In this document: positions 9,613 through 14,832 of the stretch, piece after piece
How the letters are laid out: each line of letters opens with the position of its first letter
Position numbering within the stretch: the first letter of the stretch is position 1
Assembly (NCBI GenBank): GCA_965233585.1
Contig: CBDDTI010000114.1
Location: 1 to 14,832, forward strand
DNA length: 14,832 bases
Direction of reading: 5' to 3'
Source: a bacterium
Lineage (GTDB): Bacteria > SAR324 > NAC60-12
Translations under genes and position numbers: made by a program
The notes under the pieces: generated by a model
What the model was told of the DNA's origin: nothing
Databases searched by the model: none
Seen by the model: the letters and a program-made list of their open reading frames with translations, nothing else

Positions 9613-10969
9613 GCTGCCCCATAAACAGAGATAAGATAAGTGGGTGCAAAAAATAAACAGGATTTCGCGCGAGAGATCCTCCAATTTTGATATTTTCGAC
9701 ACGTTATCAAAAAAATTTGGAATGTCATAAAGTGCCACGCATGGCACACAAAACAGAATGACAACCTGCTTGAACACATTCGAAGACGAGCATGGCTGCA
9801 GAAAAACGAGCATTTCGTGCGAGACTTCCACTAATTTTGGCATTTGCGAAACATCATCAAACAGGTTGGAATATCACAAAGTGCCACGCCTGCCACGCAA
9901 AACGACATGACAACCTGCTTGGAGACATTCGAATAGGAGATGTTTTCAGCTTCCCCATAAACACGGCGATGCCATAGGAGAACCAGAGACTCGAGACAAC
10001 ACACGGTGGTGCAAACAAAACGAGGATTTCGTGCAAGACTTCTCAATTTTTGAATTTTTTGAGACGTTATCAAGCAGTTTGGAATGTCACAAAGTGCCAC
10101 GCATGCCACAAAAAACCACATGAGAATCAATCTGCTTTGACACATTCGAATCGGAGATTTCTTCTAGCTTCCCAAACCAGCGACTCGAAACAAGACATGT
10201 AGATGCAAAAAAATCAACATTTCGTACGAGACTTCCGGCAATTTTCACAAGTGGCGACATGACGAAAGGACAAATTTTGCAGCTTCCCCCATAGACACGG
10301 CGAGGCCACAGGAAAACCAGACACGCGAAACTAGACATGCGGGAGCACCAAAACGGGCATTTCGTGCGAGACTTTTTCTAATTTTTCCACTTTGTAGCTT
10401 CAAAATCGACGTTTTCTTACAAGTTTTCCTTAGATCTTCAAATTTGCAACCTTGAAAATTGATGTTTTGTGCGAGGCTTCCGTCAATTTTCAGCACATCG
10501 AACAAATGCAACGCCTGCCACGGAATTGCACCTTGTCGCCACTGGACGCAGCCCTGCCAATGCGATGTGAAAAAACACGCAACACGACACATCTAAAGTG
10601 CTGCGCCTGCCACGAAAAATGACGATGGACACGTCCAAAGGGCTGTGGCTGGCAGAAAAACTGCCCTACATCTTTTGACAAGGTCGCAAGAGTATTACGC
10701 CTGCCACGCAAAACGACTTTCGACAGTTTCCAGAACACGTCTGAATGAATGTCAGTGAGTGCAAGGCCTGCAATGCGAAACAAAACAACGACACGTCTGA
10801 GACCGCCAAAAAGGACAACTTTTGCAAACTTTCCATAGGTACGATTATATGGTCCTCGCGCAGACCGTTGCGAACGGTTGCGACCGTGAACGCAACGTCG
10901 AGCGAACACACTCTCCACCCCCAGACCCCCAGAGTGAAACGGGAACCCGTGCTAAGCATTCGAGAAAAA
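9613..10969 (+). mobile_element. Non-coding, internally repetitive element (putative non-autonomous TE), copy with intact-looking end
   Basis: Matches 3991-5141 and continues ~200 bp to ...CCCCCAGACCCCCAGAGTGAAACGGGAACCCGTGCTAAGCATTCGAGAAAAA, after which unique sequence begins. This end resembles, from recall only, a common Symbiodiniaceae repeat terminus. Confidence 0.55.
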
Positions 10970-12710
10970 TTGAACCCAGACTATTGTCGAGACCTTGCCG
11001 CTTCTTCAAATTCAAAGGTTTAACACACCAACCTCGGCAGGAAGCTTATTTGCTTCAACCATTTCTCTTTTTCTTGGCACGAGCCGGGATGCACAAAGGT
11101 GCAGAAATATTTTCAGTCTCGTCCAATGATTGGCAAAGAAGCCGTTTTTGAGTTTTGCTAATTTCCAATGTTTAAAAACACATGCTGGCAGATTGAAAGG
11201 GAAAAAAATTAAACAGAATGTTTTTTTCGTCCCAAAAATCGACCGTGCTGGTGGCCTGCAAGCTGATTTCTTTTCGTCGGAATGAAACAAACAAATCTTT
11301 ATCATGCACAAAGAAAAACTTTTTGTACTGTTCTAAATTGACTTGCGTGCTGCTTTTTAATTCTCTACTTTTTTTTCCGTGAAATGCATGCGTATTAAAC
11401 CGCTCGATTCCCCCAAGGTGCAGGCTGATGTCTTGCTTTCTCATGCAGTCTAGCAGATATATTCGTTGCGAGCCTTCCAGCATTTGCAAAGACCCCGATC
11501 AGAAAAGCTACAGATTGCAAAGAAAAACCAGATCGACGGATTTGGAAAAAAAAGAACAGTAGAAAGAAATTGAACTACTGGAGCAGCTCTTTGTGTTCCT
11601 TTTTCTTTGAAGATGGTCATGTTATCAGTAACTGCAAGTTTTTCCAAACAACGATAGAAACTGCAAAATATTTTTGCGAGGTGTCCCCGAACCCAGTGTA
11701 CAATGTCAAAATTGCAGGAAAATGAGAAAGATTTCGAAAAATGGTTGTAAAAAGGTGTGCATTGCAGCATGTGCCACGACAACCACCACAACCTCAATAC
11801 AATTTTCACAAGGCCACAAATGAAAAAAGGAACCATTGCAGAAGTTCGCTACTTTACACATCTTTACAACAGAAAAGAAAAAACCCCTCCACCGCACTTC
11901 CGTGCATTACCAAAACTTGAACTGCACACACAATTTTAAAATAAATGGCGGGCTCGAACCCCAAAGCATCAGATAATTATTCCGAAAAGGAGATGCATTT
12001 TGTAATACCAAATTTCCCAAAAATCTGATTGTGTGCCAAGTTGAACCTAACGCTGGACACTGACTGCCAGCTTTCTTGGAACTGTTTTTGAGCGTGGCGA
12101 CACTGTGACGAAATTACATGCGACACCTTCTTTCAACCTCATTGACTTTGAATGGATGCCACCGAATGAAAAACAAGACCCACCCATGTCACTTAACTCA
12201 CTGAACAACTTGCTTATTGTAACTTGGCCAGTATTGAGCACATACACCCCACTATTCAGGCTGCTTGGGCGCATGGACTGGCAAAATGCCAAATCAAGCA
12301 CGTTTTCCGTGGAATGATGAATCCTTTCAAGAGCTTGTCCAAATATAATCACGATGTCTGTACCTGATTTGAAAAGTTTTTCAGATACTTTCGTTTGGTG
12401 CACGGCCCCTAACGCTCCACTTGATTTACCCTTGCGCGTGCCATGCACTATGAAATTTTATTTAGTTTGACTTCACGCAGGACACAAATTGATTGCAACC
12501 TTGGAAATTTTCCACAGCTGTAGTTTCATTTCATCTTACCTAGTAATAAAAATTGAATGTAGGCGAGGTCGCTGGTGAAAAAGACAGTCAGCAAAGAGAA
12601 AAGACAACAGTCTGCAATATTTCATCTCTAATCTGCCAGGTGGCTGCGCAAATGATGCTTTAAGGATCTAATTTTCAATTCTCCCGAGCCACACAACAAC
12701 GAAATTACAC
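10970..12710 (-). other. Non-repetitive island; possible exon or pseudogene fragments on the minus strand, product unknown
   Basis: The only long high-complexity stretch. Minus-strand ORFs 12047..12448 (133 aa), 11450..11836 and 11172..11489 have ordinary amino-acid composition but no motif I recognise. Confidence 0.2.
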
Positions 12711-12769
12711 AGTGGTGCGCGGCGTCCCCAACTTTTTGCAAAAAGGCCTCTTCTTTCGGTTCACATTTT

Positions 12770-13580
12770 TTGTTCGCGAGAAGCAAATTTTGCATTCACA
12801 CTGTGGAAAGCACAGCAGCTTCGGACCTCTTATCGAAGTTGAGAAGTCGACTCACGCCCAAGTCAAATTTTTTGACATAACGGTGAGTTCTATTTTTTTT
12901 GGATGGTCAAATCTCGAAAAGTGGACGCGGTTGTGGCGGGAAGCAAATCTTCAACAAAAACAAGGGTTCAGACCACTGGGAGATACCAATATTTCCGTTC
13001 CTTTGCTTCCGGTCATTACACTGGACTATAAGTGGACCACACTACAGAGATAGATAGAGATAGATTGTGATAGATAGAAAAAGATAAAAATAAATAAAAA
13101 TATATAGATAGGTAGATAGATAGATAAAAAAATACATAGATCGAGAAAAATAAATAGATAGAAATAGAAAAAAATACATACAACCACACTCCAACACTAC
13201 AAATACAACTACAGACTTACACAACTGCACACACCAAACTGCCATACACTCCACACAAAAACACACATCCCTATATGACAGTACAATAGACAAACCGATA
13301 GCCAGATAGACATATAGAAAATAGATACAACTAAAGAACCACACAACTCCCCACCAGATGCACAACACACCGTTGACCTGAACTACACTATACTAGGTAA
13401 CACCAGACCAGAAAGATAGGTAATTAAATGGAAAATAGATAGAAAGGTAGATAGAAAGTCGGAGAAAGACAAAGCACGAGTGAGAGAATTCAGTCCATCA
13501 GTAACTTCGCTCTGCCACCCCAAATTGATAACAACCAAGGTCTCCTATAACTTTCCTATTTTTGAATTTTCCGCCACCAG
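12770..13580 (+). repeat. Decayed composite repeat: GAAGCAAAT/TTCRGACC subrepeats, (TAGA)n and (CACTA/CTACA)-like tracts, short GC-richer terminal block
   Basis: GAAGCAAAT at 12780 and 12940, each followed by TTCGGACC or TTCAGACC. TAGA tracts at ~13047-13175 and ~13410-13470, CA-rich tract ~13180-13395, terminal block ~13490-13580. Family resemblance to a Symbiodiniaceae repeat is from recall only. Confidence 0.5.
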
Positions 13581-13758
13581 ATCGATTTATTTTTTTACTT
13601 TGAAAATAGATATCGTTTATTATTTTTTATTTTCGGCATGTACCGTTGCTTCCTTTTCCGCGTTTACTATATATAAAAAAAATCATATATATTACAAAAA
13701 ATTGTTTGTTCGGCTTTACCTACTTTCCTTCCTCAATTCGGCAAAATTTCTACGAAAA

Positions 13759-14075
13759 AGATAGATAGATCGCCAGAAATATAGAGAAAAAAATAGATAG
13801 ATGGATAGACAAGAATATGGATATAATATAGATGATATAGATAGAATTAATAAATAGAAAAATAGATCGATAGATAGATAAAGAAATAAATAGATAAATA
13901 GACTAATAATATAAATAAAATAAATGGCATTAATAAATCGACAAATAAATTTAATAAATAAATGGATAAATCGACAAATAAATAAACAAATAAATTAATA
14001 AAAATATAAAAAAAAAATTACATAAATAAATTTATAAAAAATAAATAAATAATTAAACAATTTAAAAAAAAACAA
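13759..14075. repeat. Degenerate (TAGA)n grading into (TAAA)n microsatellite
   Basis: Read directly; includes the short direct repeat ATAAATCGACAAATAAAT at ~13933 and ~13966. Confidence 0.85.
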
Positions 14076-14100
14076 GCAAAAAAGGCAGCCTAAAATTTCT

Positions 14101-14832
14101 ATCGATCCATCAATCGATTTTTTTTATTATTCCTAATTTATAAAAATTAATTTCTCCTTTAGATTTCTAATTTTAAAATTTCCGATCAATTTATACGATA
14201 TTACTAGTGTTATCAAATATAAAAAATTTAAATAAATTACTAAATACTTAATTTTATTAAATTTTAAAATTAAAAATAAATATATTTTAAATATATTAAT
14301 TAAAAATAAAAATAATACATTTCAATTTTCTTATATATTATTAATAAATTAATTTTACTATTCATAATCACCAATTTTTATATAAAATATTTTTATTATT
14401 TTCACCAATATTTTAAATAATATTATTAATTTGTTTTTATTTATTTTTTATTAAAGATCCTAATCTTTATATTTAGCCATAATAAATATATTTATTAAAA
14501 ATTAAATATTTATAATTTATATAATTTTTTTTAATATTTATATATTTTACTTATTTTCGAACCAATCGTAATATAATTTTTCAAAAAATATAATTTATAA
14601 TTAAATCCAAATTTCTTTTTATAATCAAAATATAAAACTAAAATAAATACGCAAAAAATCATATTTATTATAAAATATACTTCTACGTATCGTAAATAAA
14701 CCGGCACTTTAACGAAAAAAACTTTCAATTTATATCGCCTCATAAATCGCCTTAATACTAAAATGCTATTACGATCTTCGATAATTCTCATAAAATAAAA
14801 TATGTAGTATTTTTGTTAACGAAAAAAATCAA
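14101..14832. other. Extremely AT-rich low-complexity tract (~14% GC) with C>G skew
   Basis: Hand count over 732 bp: ~76 C and ~27 G. Confidence 0.9.

Noticed and set aside
11946..11963. tRNA T-arm or B-box-like GGGTTCGAGCCCGCCA on the minus strand
   Set aside because: The T-stem pairs poorly, and there is no A-box, D-arm, anticodon arm or acceptor stem upstream.
14652..14698. Resemblance to 485-526 (AAATCATATTT..ATTATA...CGTAAATA)
   Set aside because: A short gapped match in very AT-rich sequence that cannot be told from chance by eye.
14531..14791. 86-aa minus-strand ORF
   Set aside because: F/I/K/Y composition simply reflects ~86% AT; no recognisable family.

Overview
Repeat-dominated, apparently eukaryotic non-coding DNA. 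I see no recognisable protein-coding gene, RNA gene or CRISPR array. Positions 1-10.8 kb are a head-to-tail tandem duplication of a ~5.63-kb composite unit: copy 1 = 1-5141 (cut by the window edge) and copy 2 = 5641-10771, roughly 98-99% identical by eye. Each unit stacks a 9-bp ATCGGCYYY minisatellite, a ~41-bp-periodic GTAAATACC block with a 21-bp inverted repeat, two diverged copies of an (AAC)n-containing module with a conserved ~135-bp GC-rich core, a ~930-bp GTGTRRA heptamer satellite and a ~1.15-1.35-kb internally repetitive element. Only copy 2 has that element's hairpin-bearing end. 10970-12710 is non-repetitive sequence with possible minus-strand exon or pseudogene fragments. 12.77-14.1 kb is decayed composite repeat and (TAGA)/(TAAA) microsatellite. 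The last ~730 bp is ~14% GC with G strongly depleted except in CpG. From recall only (not verified), these repeat families resemble those of Symbiodiniaceae dinoflagellate (Cladocopium-like) genomes. Nearly all listed ORFs are artefacts of the repeats. The most unusual signals are two hints of strand-asymmetric cytosine loss that spares CpG.
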